Positions 8,517 to 18,191 of a stretch of DNA of 53,941 nucleotides are shown here, one piece after another. The stretch spans positions 1-53,941 of the forward strand of contig JBGGMM010000068.1 in NCBI GenBank assembly GCA_041288045.1, given 5' to 3'. A program made the translations under genes and the position numbers. Below the pieces are notes generated by a model. It made no database searches. It saw nothing but the letters and a program-made list of their open reading frames with translations, and had not been told where the DNA came from. The first letter of the stretch is position 1. Every line of letters begins with the position of its first letter. This DNA is from Pseudobdellovibrionaceae bacterium (lineage in GTDB: Bacteria > Bdellovibrionota > Bdellovibrionia > Bdellovibrionales > Bdellovibrionaceae).

Positions 8517-9695
8517 ATGAGGATTTTGATTTTGCTTCTCTGTGGACTGATCGCTAGCACTAGCTTTGCCGCCCGCTACACGGTTTTCATCAAGGACGAG
8601 AAAAAGTTCCAAGAAAGCACCAGGCAATGGTCCTTCATGAAAGTGAGGGGGGCTTACAAAGTCCTCAAAGTTCATCCCCATCTGCAAGCTTATCTGATTG
8701 AGTCCAATGACGAGAATCTGCAATCGATTTCGCCTGAGGTTTTGATTGAAAAAGATTTTCGCCATCCATTGCCTAAAATGGAAGCGCGCACAGCGGATCT
8801 GAAGCTCTTTCCGATGGATCTCAGTCAGCAGGGAGCGCCCTGGGGAGTGGTCACAGTTCGGGCTTCTGAAGCCTGGCCTCTCAGTCATAAAGGAAAGGGT
8901 GCCCGAGTTCTAGTTTTAGATACTGGCATTGATCGCGATCATCCCGCTCTGCAAGGACAAATCAGCGAAAGCAAGAATTTCGTCAGTGACCAGCCGGCGC
9001 CCTACGCGGTGATCGATAAAGTCGGACATGGAACTCATGTGGCCGGGATCATTCTGGCCAAAGAAATGGCCGGCGGATTTTCAGGCGTGGCCCCAGGCGC
9101 TCGGCTCTTGGTCGGTCGAATCTGTGATCTCACTGGCTGTTCCAGCAGCGATATGATTGCGGGGATTGAATGGGGGATTGCAAAAAAAGTCGACGTCATC
9201 AATCTCTCTTTGGGAGATCAAAGACAAACCGACCTGGAAAGAGCGGCCATTGCCAAAGCTGAAAAAGCAGGCGTGGTCGTCGTCGCAGCCACTGGCAACA
9301 ATGGCTCGGATTCCATCAGCTATCCTGCCGGCTATGGGACCTCGGTGGCGGTTGGAGCTGTGGATCAGGAGCTCAAGCGGGCCCCCTTTTCTCAATATGG
9401 AGAAGCCTTGGATTTGATGGGTCCTGGCGTGAGCATTTATTCCACGTTCTCAAAAGCGGCCCTCTGCCGGAAGGCCCAAGCTGATTACTGTGTGATGTCG
9501 GGGACCTCCATGGCTTCTCCGCATGTGGCCGGAGTCGTAGCTTTGATCCGAGCCGCCAACCCTGCGCTCAAGCCCCTGGAAATTCGAAGAATTCTCAAAA
9601 GCTCCGCCAAAACCCTTGGCAACAGTCCTTTGCAGTACGGTGCGGGGCTGGTGGATGCGGAAAAGGCTGTGACGAAAGCCTCTGAATTGAGATAA
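8517..9695 (+). CDS. Secreted subtilisin-family (S8) serine protease
   Basis: AAGGAGG SD before ATG 8517, signal peptide, triad VLDTG / GHGTHVAG / GTSMASPHVAG. Confidence 0.95.
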   Translation: MRILILLLCGLIASTSFAARYTVFIKDEKKFQESTRQWSFMKVRGAYKVLKVHPHLQAYLIESNDENLQSISPEVLIEKDFRHPLPKMEARTADLKLFPMDLSQQGAPWGVVTVRASEAWPLSHKGKGARVLVLDTGIDRDHPALQGQISESKNFVSDQPAPYAVIDKVGHGTHVAGIILAKEMAGGFSGVAPGARLLVGRICDLTGCSSSDMIAGIEWGIAKKVDVINLSLGDQRQTDLERAAIAKAEKAGVVVVAATGNNGSDSISYPAGYGTSVAVGAVDQELKRAPFSQYGEALDLMGPGVSIYSTFSKAALCRKAQADYCVMSGTSMASPHVAGVVALIRAANPALKPLEIRRILKSSAKTLGNSPLQYGAGLVDAEKAVTKASELR

Positions 9696-9705
9696 GCTTC
9701 TGATC

Positions 9706-11451
9706 ATGCGCACATTGCATGATCACCTGCGGGTTTATTTAAGCAAAAAAATCCTGGCCGCTCTGTCTGAACCAGGATCCTTCAAAGTGGAAGAGCTGGC
9801 CGAGCAATTTGTCGAGCCCCCCAATTCGGATTTGGGGGATTTGGCTTTTGGCTGTTTCATTTTGGCTAAAAATTTAAAAAAAGCCCCGCCAGCGTTAGCG
9901 CAAGAACTGAAAGCTAAAATTCCTCTCGATCAAGATCTACTATCTGTCGAAGCCGCCGGGCCCTATTTGAATTTCAAATTCTCATCGGCAAAAATCGGTG
10001 AAGCCTTGCTGGCACCCATTCGAAGTGGAGAACATTTTCAGAGAACTCTCACTGAAAAAACGCCAAAGACCATGATCGAATTCTCTCAGCCCAACACGCA
10101 CAAAGAATTGCATGTAGGACATATGCGAAATGCCTGCCTGGGAGATTCTCTCGTTCGGCTGCTTCGCTACTGTGATTATGAAATCATCAGCTCGACTTTT
10201 CCAGGCGATGTCGGAACCCACGTGGCCAAATGCCTGTGGTATTTGAAATACCACAACACGGAGCCGATGCCTGCGAAAGACAAAGGCGAATGGATTGGCA
10301 AGATCTACTCGAAAGCTCATTTAAAATTAGAAGACGAGACAGGCACAGCCAAAGAAGCCGAAAACCGCGAAAAGCTCACAGCCATTTTGCACGAGCTTGA
10401 AGCCAAAAAAGGCGAATACTTTGAGCTTTGGAAAGAGACCAAAAGCTGGTCCCTGGATCTGATGAAAGAAGTCTACGCCTGGGCAGGAATCGAATTTGAT
10501 CACTGGTACTGGGAATCCGATGTGGATTCGGATTCCGTTCAATACGTCAAAAAGCTTTACCAAGAAGGAAAGCTCGAAAAATCCGAAGGCGCCATCGGCA
10601 TGAATCTCGAAGCCGAAAAGCTGGGTTTTTGTTTGCTTTTGAAAAGCGATGGCACAGGTTTGTATGCAACTAAAGATCTAGAATTGGCGCGCCGAAAATT
10701 TCAAGACTATCAAGTCGAAAACAACATCTACGTCGTCGACATGAGACAAGAACTTCATTTCAAACAAGTTTTCAAAGTGCTGGAGAAATTAGATTTCCCC
10801 CAAGCCAAAAATTGTTTTCATTTGAAATACAATTTCGTCGAGCTCCCCGACGGCGCCATGAGTTCTCGCAAAGGCAACATTGTCCCCCTGATGGAACTTG
10901 TTCACCGCATGGAAGACATGGTGAAAACAAATTATCTTTCTCGATACGAAAATGAATGGCCAGCCGAAGACATTCAAAGAATCGCCACCCAAGTCGCCCA
11001 AGGCGCGATCAAATACGGCATGCTCCGCATGGACACCAACAAGAAGATCGTCTTTGATATGAACGAATGGTTGAAGCTGGATGGGGAGTCCGGCCCCTTC
11101 ATTCAATACTCAGGAGCGCGAATTCAAAGCCTGCTGCGAAAATTAGGTCCAGTAGCAGCTTCCGTGCAGTGGAAGCTCTTGGTCCATCCGGCTGAGCGAA
11201 AGCTCATGCAGTCCCTGATGAATTTTCATTCGATTGTCCTAGGCAGTTCTGAAAACTACAAACCGCATTTGCTCTGTACCTATCTGTACGAGACAGCCAA
11301 GCGCTTCAACGTCTTCTACCACGAATGCTCCATCGGCCAAGCCGAAACCGAAGACCTCAAACAGGCAAGATTAGCGCTCAGCGAAGCGACAGGAAAAATC
11401 TTGATTCAGGGTTTGAGTCTTTTAGGGATTCCATCTCCAGAAAAGATGTAA
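9706..11451 (+). CDS. argS: Arginine--tRNA ligase
   Basis: EFSQPNTHKELHVGH (HIGH), MSSRKG (KMSKS), KSDGTGLYATKDL, DALR-type C-terminus ending PEKM. Confidence 0.97.
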   Translation: MRTLHDHLRVYLSKKILAALSEPGSFKVEELAEQFVEPPNSDLGDLAFGCFILAKNLKKAPPALAQELKAKIPLDQDLLSVEAAGPYLNFKFSSAKIGEALLAPIRSGEHFQRTLTEKTPKTMIEFSQPNTHKELHVGHMRNACLGDSLVRLLRYCDYEIISSTFPGDVGTHVAKCLWYLKYHNTEPMPAKDKGEWIGKIYSKAHLKLEDETGTAKEAENREKLTAILHELEAKKGEYFELWKETKSWSLDLMKEVYAWAGIEFDHWYWESDVDSDSVQYVKKLYQEGKLEKSEGAIGMNLEAEKLGFCLLLKSDGTGLYATKDLELARRKFQDYQVENNIYVVDMRQELHFKQVFKVLEKLDFPQAKNCFHLKYNFVELPDGAMSSRKGNIVPLMELVHRMEDMVKTNYLSRYENEWPAEDIQRIATQVAQGAIKYGMLRMDTNKKIVFDMNEWLKLDGESGPFIQYSGARIQSLLRKLGPVAASVQWKLLVHPAERKLMQSLMNFHSIVLGSSENYKPHLLCTYLYETAKRFNVFYHECSIGQAETEDLKQARLALSEATGKILIQGLSLLGIPSPEKM

Positions 11452-11512
11452 AAACGCGAAAACACTAGTATGACCGTCTGGCAAGTTTAAGATGAGGCAG
11501 GTCGGTTTTTGT

Positions 11513-11554
11513 ACTCACATTATCGTCTGCTTATGGGCAGACGATAATGTGAGT
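11513..11554. repeat. Perfect 18-bp inverted repeat (REP-like/terminator) between convergent genes
   Basis: ACTCACATTATCGTCTGC-ttatgg-GCAGACGATAATGTGAGT, with a related copy at 48220-48252. Confidence 0.8.
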
Positions 11555-11611
11555 GCTTGAATAAAAGCATCAGTCGTGGAGTTCAGAAAGCCTTGCGGCA
11601 TGATGTTTGGA

Positions 11612-12595
11612 TTAGGTTTTTGGATTCAAAAATTTTATCAAGGCTTCGAAACAGTGGGCGACTCCCTTATAAACTCTTGATTCGGGTGTCATGCTTTGAA
11701 GGGCTGAGCTTAATTGGGAGCGCATTTTTTCATCGGCTTTGATTTCGCTTCCGGGAATAAAGCTCAAACGAATTGTAAATAGCGAAGCTTGAATTTTGGG
11801 AAATCCAAAAGTCGTTTGTCTTTCGATCCGCAAATAGAAAGGTTCCTTCGCAGATTCGTCAAAGCTTCGGCCTTTCCATGAAAGCTCGTCTTCACCGGAA
11901 GGGGCGATGGGGTGGTGATTCAGTCGAGTGTCGGTCACAAAACTCCAGACAAAGCGTACGAAAGGACCCTTGGCTATCATAGCCTCAATCATGCTGTCAG
12001 CGACCTTGAGCATCCGATCGATTCCTGGAATCGGTTTATGAACGGCTGAAAAATTGAGGCCAATTTTGTCCTCAGCAGCCCAGTGACTGGGACTGCAAAG
12101 ATTCAAATAACTGAGCCAGTCTTTTTTGCTTTCCAAATCTCTTTGCACCAGGGCGATATCTTCAGGCACCTGGAGAAAAAGAGCGTCCAAGGCATTGAGT
12201 GGCTTTGGATTGACAGCTTCTGCTGAAGAGTAGAGCAGAAGCTCGCCCTCAGTGGAAAAAGTCATCTTGTCATTTGTGTGATTGGCTTTAAGTTCGATTT
12301 TACTTTCTGTTTTCTGCAATTGAAAAAGCTCTGGAGATTCTTTTTGAAATCGCTCGATCAAAAAAAGCACGATTTCTTTTTCGCTCTCTGCAGGCAGGTC
12401 CTGGGTCTGAATGTATTTGCTGAGGCGCTCTTTGCGACATTTCAATTTGTTCTCACGAAAGAGTGGGAATTCAGAATCAATCTGAAAAATCTTTTCATCA
12501 AAAGCGCCATTGCCAAAGGAAAAGCCCAAGGGCTTCAGTCCAGGAGCCACTTCATAAAGTCCGCGGTCGATAGGGAAATAACGGGGAGTCTTCAT
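11612..12595 (-). CDS. DUF3445 / heme-dependent oxidative N-demethylase alpha-subunit-like protein
   Basis: LQVPEDIALV, LCSPSHW..EDKIG..F..VHKPIPG, RFVWS, YLRIERQT…LFTIR motifs. Start 12595 or 12649. Confidence 0.75.
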   Translation of the reverse strand: MKTPRYFPIDRGLYEVAPGLKPLGFSFGNGAFDEKIFQIDSEFPLFRENKLKCRKERLSKYIQTQDLPAESEKEIVLFLIERFQKESPELFQLQKTESKIELKANHTNDKMTFSTEGELLLYSSAEAVNPKPLNALDALFLQVPEDIALVQRDLESKKDWLSYLNLCSPSHWAAEDKIGLNFSAVHKPIPGIDRMLKVADSMIEAMIAKGPFVRFVWSFVTDTRLNHHPIAPSGEDELSWKGRSFDESAKEPFYLRIERQTTFGFPKIQASLFTIRLSFIPGSEIKADEKMRSQLSSALQSMTPESRVYKGVAHCFEALIKFLNPKT

Positions 12596-12754
12596 GGACT
12601 TTAGGCTTTCGCACGCAGCAGAATTTGCGTCAACGAAATTTTCTTTCAAGACTTTGGATTTGAAAACCAGACCTTATTGGAAATCTGGACCTGAATATCA
12701 AGCTGAGGCGTCCGATGTAGTTTCTAAGAGAAAACCTCTCGAATGGAGTTTTTT

Positions 12755-14584
12755 GTGGCTTTTAATTATTCAAAACACAAAAATTCAGGTGATGGACACG
12801 GATCCGTTTGGACCTCATATTCAGATCTCTTTCTGGGTCTTTCGGTTATTTTCCTTCTCCTGTATGTGACCGCAAGTCTTCGTCAGGGAACCAACGGGTT
12901 TCAAACCCAGCGATTGGCCCTTGAGAACACGGATCTGAAAAAACAGCTCCAAGCTTATCAAGCAATGACTGACGATTATCTGAAGAAAAAGGCAACTGAA
13001 CAAGAAGCAGACAATTATCAAGAGCTCATGGACCAGCTGGATCTTTTGCAAGATAAGGCTGATGAAGAAAAACGGGAGCTTCGCAAGCAAGCTCAGGAGC
13101 ATGAGAAAAAAGAACGGGCGCTGAATAAGTACCAGCAAATGATTCGAAATATCATCAATGCCAACATGGTTTCTAAGGCCGGGATCAAAAAGCGTGACGT
13201 CGAAATTGAGAGCCAGGATCAGCAAATCGCCAGCAATGAAGAAGAGATCCAGACGCTGGAGCAGTCGGTGGCTGAAAAGAAAGCTCAGCTGACTTTGAAT
13301 GACAGAAAGATCAAGGACCTGAATGCCAACTTGGACACTCGCATGAAGCAGTTGAGATCGTCTTACAAGTTGCAGAAAATTTCGCAGAGCAAATTTGAAC
13401 AGCAGAAAAAGGCAATCGAGGCTGAGACTCAGCGTAAAGTTGCGGCACTTCGTGCTCAGAACCAAACTGTTTCTCAACAGCTCAATGAAGTGAACGAGCA
13501 ATTGAATCAAACCAATGCTCAATTGGCTCAAACAGAACAAAAAGCCGCTCAATTGGGACAGAAAGCAGATCAGTTGGGTCAGGACGTCAATCGTTTAGGC
13601 CAAGAGAAAATGGCATTGAAAGGCCAGTTCGAGAATGAAAAAGCCGCAATGAAAGGCGACTTTGAAAACGAGAAATCGGCTCTCAAAGGTCAGTTTGAAA
13701 ATGAAAAGTTAGCTTTAAAAGGCAAATACGATCAAGACAAAGCTTACTTGCAAGGCAAACTCGCTCAAGAGCGAGCTGCTTTTGAAGGACAAAAAGCCAA
13801 GCTTCAAGGCGATTACGATACCCAACGAGCACGTGACAAAGCCGCTTTTGACGCTGCATTGGCAAAAGAGAAACTCACGGGTGCGCAACGTGCAGCTCGA
13901 GAAGCTGCCTTTAAAGCCGATGCCGATCGGAAAGCCAGAGCTTTGGGTGATCAACTCTCTCACCTTCAAGGAAAAATGCGTGATACAGAAGGAGCTTTGG
14001 CAAAAGCGCAAGAAAATCTCAATGCCAAGAAAAAGATCACCGAGCAAATCAAGCGCAATTTTGCTTCAGCTGGTGTGAAAGCCGACGTGGATGAAGCCAC
14101 TGGTGACGTGATTCTATCCTTCGGAAACCAGTATTTCGACACGGACCGATCGGATCTGAAACCTGGAATGGTGAACATCATTCGTCAGGCGATGCCTCAG
14201 TACTCAAAGAGTCTTTTTGAGGATCCTAAGATCGCTAACAAAATTCAAAACGTCGAAATCGTCGGGTTTGCGTCTCCCACTTACCAGGGCAAGTACATTG
14301 ATCCGAAGAGTTTGGATCCAGCCGATCGTCAGGCGATCAATTACAATCTGGATTTAAGTTATGCGCGAGCCAAATCCATTTTCAATGTGGTTTTTGACCA
14401 GAAGAAAATGACATTTGAACATCAAAGGAAACTTTTGCCACTGGTGAAAGTGACAGGGCGAAGCTTTTTCTCGAATCCGGATGACCAGCGCGGGGTCGCC
14501 AGTGATTCAAGCAAATCTTTTTGCGAGAAGAACGACTGCGCCAAGCTTCAAAGAGTTATTATTAAGTTTAATTTAAAAGATTAA
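12755..14584 (+). CDS. MotB/ZorB-like protein: TM with conserved Asp, long coiled coil, C-terminal OmpA-like peptidoglycan-binding domain
   Basis: WTSYSDLFLGLSVIFLLLYV TM, ~380 aa coiled coil, FDTDRSDL…VEIVGFAS…NLDLSYARAKSI…RVIIK. GGAG SD precedes GTG 12755. Confidence 0.8.
   Translation: MAFNYSKHKNSGDGHGSVWTSYSDLFLGLSVIFLLLYVTASLRQGTNGFQTQRLALENTDLKKQLQAYQAMTDDYLKKKATEQEADNYQELMDQLDLLQDKADEEKRELRKQAQEHEKKERALNKYQQMIRNIINANMVSKAGIKKRDVEIESQDQQIASNEEEIQTLEQSVAEKKAQLTLNDRKIKDLNANLDTRMKQLRSSYKLQKISQSKFEQQKKAIEAETQRKVAALRAQNQTVSQQLNEVNEQLNQTNAQLAQTEQKAAQLGQKADQLGQDVNRLGQEKMALKGQFENEKAAMKGDFENEKSALKGQFENEKLALKGKYDQDKAYLQGKLAQERAAFEGQKAKLQGDYDTQRARDKAAFDAALAKEKLTGAQRAAREAAFKADADRKARALGDQLSHLQGKMRDTEGALAKAQENLNAKKKITEQIKRNFASAGVKADVDEATGDVILSFGNQYFDTDRSDLKPGMVNIIRQAMPQYSKSLFEDPKIANKIQNVEIVGFASPTYQGKYIDPKSLDPADRQAINYNLDLSYARAKSIFNVVFDQKKMTFEHQRKLLPLVKVTGRSFFSNPDDQRGVASDSSKSFCEKNDCAKLQRVIIKFNLKD
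13604..13768 (+). repeat. 5 x 33-nt (11-aa, hendecad) intragenic repeat
   Basis: EKMALKGQFEN/EKAAMKGDFEN/EKSALKGQFEN/EKLALKGKYDQ/DKAYLQGKLAQ. Confidence 0.8.
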
Positions 14585-14594
14585 GAGGTGAAAT

Positions 14595-15548
14595 ATGGAT
14601 TTAAATTTGATGATCCACAATCTGATTGAAGGGATCGTGCACTATTCGAAAATTTTGCACTTTCCCATCATGGTTGGGGCCTTTATCGTCGGGGTGGCAT
14701 TGCGCTTTCTCGTTTTCTACACGGTAAAAAGGCATGATTGGTTCGCCATGGAATTTGAAAAGCGGGTCAGTCGCTTTCTCGATAAAGAGGCCAAGGGTGT
14801 CACCGAAACGCACTCGTTCTATGTTTTGGTGAAACGACTCATGGAAAAAACGTTTTTCGAAGTTTTTGAAAACCGCGAAAAACTCAAGCGTCGAAGACCA
14901 GACCGCGTGATGCTGATGAGTGATCGCTGGTTCTTGATCAAGGCAGGCGTGGCTTGGATGATCCACGATATTCTCAAGCAGATCCGCTTTCTGAAATACG
15001 GATCGCAACCTCCGAAGCTTGTGAACATCACCAAGAACACATTTGCCAAAAATCCATGCTTCAACCGAGTGTTCGGGATCATTCCAACTGTCGGAACGAA
15101 CGAAGTCTTGAACGTTCTGCCAAGCCTTTTTGTCATCGTCGGGATCTTTGGAACTTTCTTAGGTGTTATGAAGGGTCTTCCCGAGCTGAGCAAAATGGAT
15201 GTTCAAAATGCAGAAGCAACAAAAACAGTCATGGACACTTTCTTGATGGAAATCGCTCTTTCTATGGGAGCTTCGATTTTGGGGATTTTCTTCTCAGTTT
15301 TGATGACAATCGTGAACACGATTTTCAATCCAGACCGTCTGTTTGTCGAAATCGTCGATCGCTTCGAAAATTCATTGGATCTTTTGTGGAACAGAGCCCA
15401 CACCAACGAAGTTCCGCCGAATTTGGCTGAATTCAACGAACACCGCGATCCACTCGAGGCCTTGGCTGAGAACGCCTTGCAAGCTGAAATCATGAAACGG
15501 CCTTTTGACCGCAACAGTGGGAACGAGCCGCCTTCAAAAGCAGGCTAA
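14595..15548 (+). CDS. MotA/TolQ/ExbB/ZorA-like proton-channel subunit
   Basis: N-terminal TM, cytoplasmic loop, then LPSLFVIVGIFGTFLGVMKGL and IALSMGASILGIFFSV TM pair (GxxGTxxG signature). GAGG SD. Confidence 0.75.
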   Translation: MDLNLMIHNLIEGIVHYSKILHFPIMVGAFIVGVALRFLVFYTVKRHDWFAMEFEKRVSRFLDKEAKGVTETHSFYVLVKRLMEKTFFEVFENREKLKRRRPDRVMLMSDRWFLIKAGVAWMIHDILKQIRFLKYGSQPPKLVNITKNTFAKNPCFNRVFGIIPTVGTNEVLNVLPSLFVIVGIFGTFLGVMKGLPELSKMDVQNAEATKTVMDTFLMEIALSMGASILGIFFSVLMTIVNTIFNPDRLFVEIVDRFENSLDLLWNRAHTNEVPPNLAEFNEHRDPLEALAENALQAEIMKRPFDRNSGNEPPSKAG

Positions 15549-15569
15549 ATTGACCGCGAGAGGGAGCTA

Positions 15570-18191
15570 ATGGCAAAAAAGTTTTTGCCCCTCATTCGAA
15601 TATTCACTCCGAACGATTCCCGGTGCCATTTGGTTGACCGGGAAAAGTTCGTTATTGGCAGATCGCCCGGTGTTGAGATTTTGCTCACCACGGGATCCAT
15701 CAGCCGAAAGCATCTTTCTGTTGAAATCAAAGGACAGGAGATTTTGATTGAGGATCTGGGGTCTGCCAATGGATCCTTTTTGTCTGATATGCGCCTTGAG
15801 CCTGGCAAAAAATATCCACTACCGGCCAGGACTCCAGTTCGTCTCGGAAATTCTGGCGAAACCATCACGGTAGAGCTCATGGACCGCCCCGTTGAGTTCG
15901 GGGATTACAAAAACTTTCTCTCTGATTTCAATCGTGACCTGCAAAATGTCATGGCCGAACTGATCCTTGAAGGCCGAGAAAAAGCCAATTTGATTATCAA
16001 AGAAGCGCAAGTGCAAGTGGCGAATGCCATCACTTCATCGCAAGCTCAAGCACAAGGAATTCTCCAGCAAGCCAAAGCTCAGGCTGACAGCTCGCTCGAA
16101 GCTGCCAATGTGAAAAGCCATCAGATTGTCAAAGAGGCCGAAGAGAAAGCGGAAGAAGTCTCTGATCGCGCCAAGCGCAATGCCATTGAAGAAGCACACG
16201 CTCTGAAAGAAAAAATCAAAGCTGATTCCGAAGCTGAAATCAAAGAAAAAGTTGAAAAAGCCAAAGCCGAGGCCGAGAAAATCCACCGCGAAGCCATTTA
16301 CCGAGCCCAAGAAAACGCCCAGACGGAACTTGAGCAGCTTCGACAGAAAGCCCATCACGACATCGAAATGAAACGCCAAGAAGAAACATCGGCGCTCAAA
16401 GAGCAACTGGCAAAAATGAAGCTCGACCATCAGGTCGAAGCCGATCAGACACTGCAAAATGCTCACAAAGAAGCTCAGAGAATCAAAGAAACAGCTGTCC
16501 AAGAAGCTGAAAAAATAAAATCAGACGCGCAAGCCTTCAGTCAAAAATTGCATCTCGACACTGAGGCCGAAGTCAAAAAACAGCTGCAGCAGACAAGAGA
16601 AGCGGCTGAAAAAATCAGACAAAGTGCCCAGCAGGATTTTGATGAGACAGTGGCTCGTGGCCAAAGCAAAGGACAGGATCTTTTGCATCAAGCTGAAACG
16701 GAAGCGGCCATGATCATTGAGAAAGCCCGTGCCAAAGCGGCGCAAATCGTCGAAAACCAAGAGCAAGAATCCCATTTATTTTTGAAAAATCTGAAAGCTG
16801 CGATTGAATCCGAAGCTAAAATCGAAGCGCAGCGAATTTTGAAATCCACTGAGGATCAAGTCGCTCACCAAAGAGCCGAAGCTCAAAAAGAAGTCGATTC
16901 GGCCAAAGCCACAAAAGCTCTTCTCGAATCCGACATCAGCCAGTTGACCAAAGCTTCAGGCCAACTTTTGGATGAAAAAGGACGGCTGCAAGAAGATTTA
17001 AAGAAAATCCAAAGTGATCTGGTGGCACTGCGAGAGGAAACTTCAAGACAGCATGATCTGAATGCCAAATTGGTCGAACTTGAAAAAGAGCTTCAGGCGC
17101 TTGAACTGAAGCGAGCGCAAATTCAAGAAAGAAATCGGCGAAGTGAAGAAGAATTGGACCTGCTCAAGCGCAGCACACTTTCCGAACTGGATCGAATTCG
17201 TCGCGCTGAAGAAGTTAAAATCTTGCAGATGGCCAGTCTCAAAGCCAAAGATTTCTCAACTCGGATTGAAAGCTTGGTGATTCACGGTCTCAATGAAAAA
17301 TTAGATGTGAAGCTGACTCCGGCCCAAGCCAATGAGCTCTGCCATCAAATTTTCGAAGAGCTGAACACTTTGTTTGCCTCTGAAGCTTTCAAGCATGACG
17401 AGAAAGTCTCAATGGCAAAACAGGGTGAAGTTCCAACCCCATCCTTTTTCAAAAACAAAGCCTTTCGCTGGGGTGTCGCCGCGGCGGCTGTAGCTGGCGT
17501 GGTTTTCCTTGCCAAGAATTCAAAGCAGTTGGTGCAAATGCAAGATCAATTGACAGAAAAATTGATCGTTAAACAAAGAGACGATGCGACTTACAAACCG
17601 GCCATGACGCCAGAGTACCGGCAGACTTACACAGATAATATTTTGTACATGGAAAAGTACTTAGCCCTCAAGAACGACGAGAAAGTGCAAGAGCAGTGGG
17701 CTCTGAACTTAAGTGATTTCTTCTTTAAAGATTTGAGATTGAACGAAGAGGTCATGGTTCGATTTATCGGGCTTGAGTCGGCTTTGATCAAACGTCTTTC
17801 TGGTTTCCGAGATTCAGTCGATCTTCGCTATCTTGAAGAAGGCATCATGCGAATGCGAGAAGCCGAGCGAGAAGAAGTGGCAAAAATCCACCAGCTCCTG
17901 AATGGTCCTGTGAACTATGAAAAACTGCGAGTCAGAGAGAAAATCTTCTTAGCGCAAATGAGTGCCCTGCAGATGCGTCAGCCTTCGCAAGCTTTCGATA
18001 CAAACCCTTCAGCGTCCGCGCCACCACCCGAGGTCAGAGAAATCTCATCGACGCCAGAGACGCCAGCTTCTTTTGCTGAGCCAGAAGCGTCAACAAGTCG
18101 AGAGGCCTCCAAGGCCCGACGCCGGCCGACCACTTCCAGCAAACAGATCCCCCGTAAGCTGCCAGCGAAGAAAACAAGATCTCGAAATTAA
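15570..18191 (+). CDS. FHA-domain, long coiled-coil, single-TM protein
   Basis: FHA motifs IGRS…ISRKH…EDLGSANGSF, ~500 aa Ala/Glu/Lys/Gln coiled coil, TM WGVAAAAVAGVVFLA, helical C-terminal domain and Pro/Ser-rich tail. Confidence 0.85.
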   Translation: MAKKFLPLIRIFTPNDSRCHLVDREKFVIGRSPGVEILLTTGSISRKHLSVEIKGQEILIEDLGSANGSFLSDMRLEPGKKYPLPARTPVRLGNSGETITVELMDRPVEFGDYKNFLSDFNRDLQNVMAELILEGREKANLIIKEAQVQVANAITSSQAQAQGILQQAKAQADSSLEAANVKSHQIVKEAEEKAEEVSDRAKRNAIEEAHALKEKIKADSEAEIKEKVEKAKAEAEKIHREAIYRAQENAQTELEQLRQKAHHDIEMKRQEETSALKEQLAKMKLDHQVEADQTLQNAHKEAQRIKETAVQEAEKIKSDAQAFSQKLHLDTEAEVKKQLQQTREAAEKIRQSAQQDFDETVARGQSKGQDLLHQAETEAAMIIEKARAKAAQIVENQEQESHLFLKNLKAAIESEAKIEAQRILKSTEDQVAHQRAEAQKEVDSAKATKALLESDISQLTKASGQLLDEKGRLQEDLKKIQSDLVALREETSRQHDLNAKLVELEKELQALELKRAQIQERNRRSEEELDLLKRSTLSELDRIRRAEEVKILQMASLKAKDFSTRIESLVIHGLNEKLDVKLTPAQANELCHQIFEELNTLFASEAFKHDEKVSMAKQGEVPTPSFFKNKAFRWGVAAAAVAGVVFLAKNSKQLVQMQDQLTEKLIVKQRDDATYKPAMTPEYRQTYTDNILYMEKYLALKNDEKVQEQWALNLSDFFFKDLRLNEEVMVRFIGLESALIKRLSGFRDSVDLRYLEEGIMRMREAEREEVAKIHQLLNGPVNYEKLRVREKIFLAQMSALQMRQPSQAFDTNPSASAPPPEVREISSTPETPASFAEPEASTSREASKARRRPTTSSKQIPRKLPAKKTRSRN

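Noticed and set aside
7277..13768. CRISPR array from the 54-nt or 33-nt periodicities
   Set aside because: Both are in-frame coding repeats without unique spacers, and no cas genes are present.
12755..15548. Calling the motor pair Zorya (zorAB) or flagellar motAB
   Set aside because: Order is B-A, the A subunit lacks the long ZorA tail, and no zorC/D/E or flagellar genes are adjacent. No gene symbols assigned.
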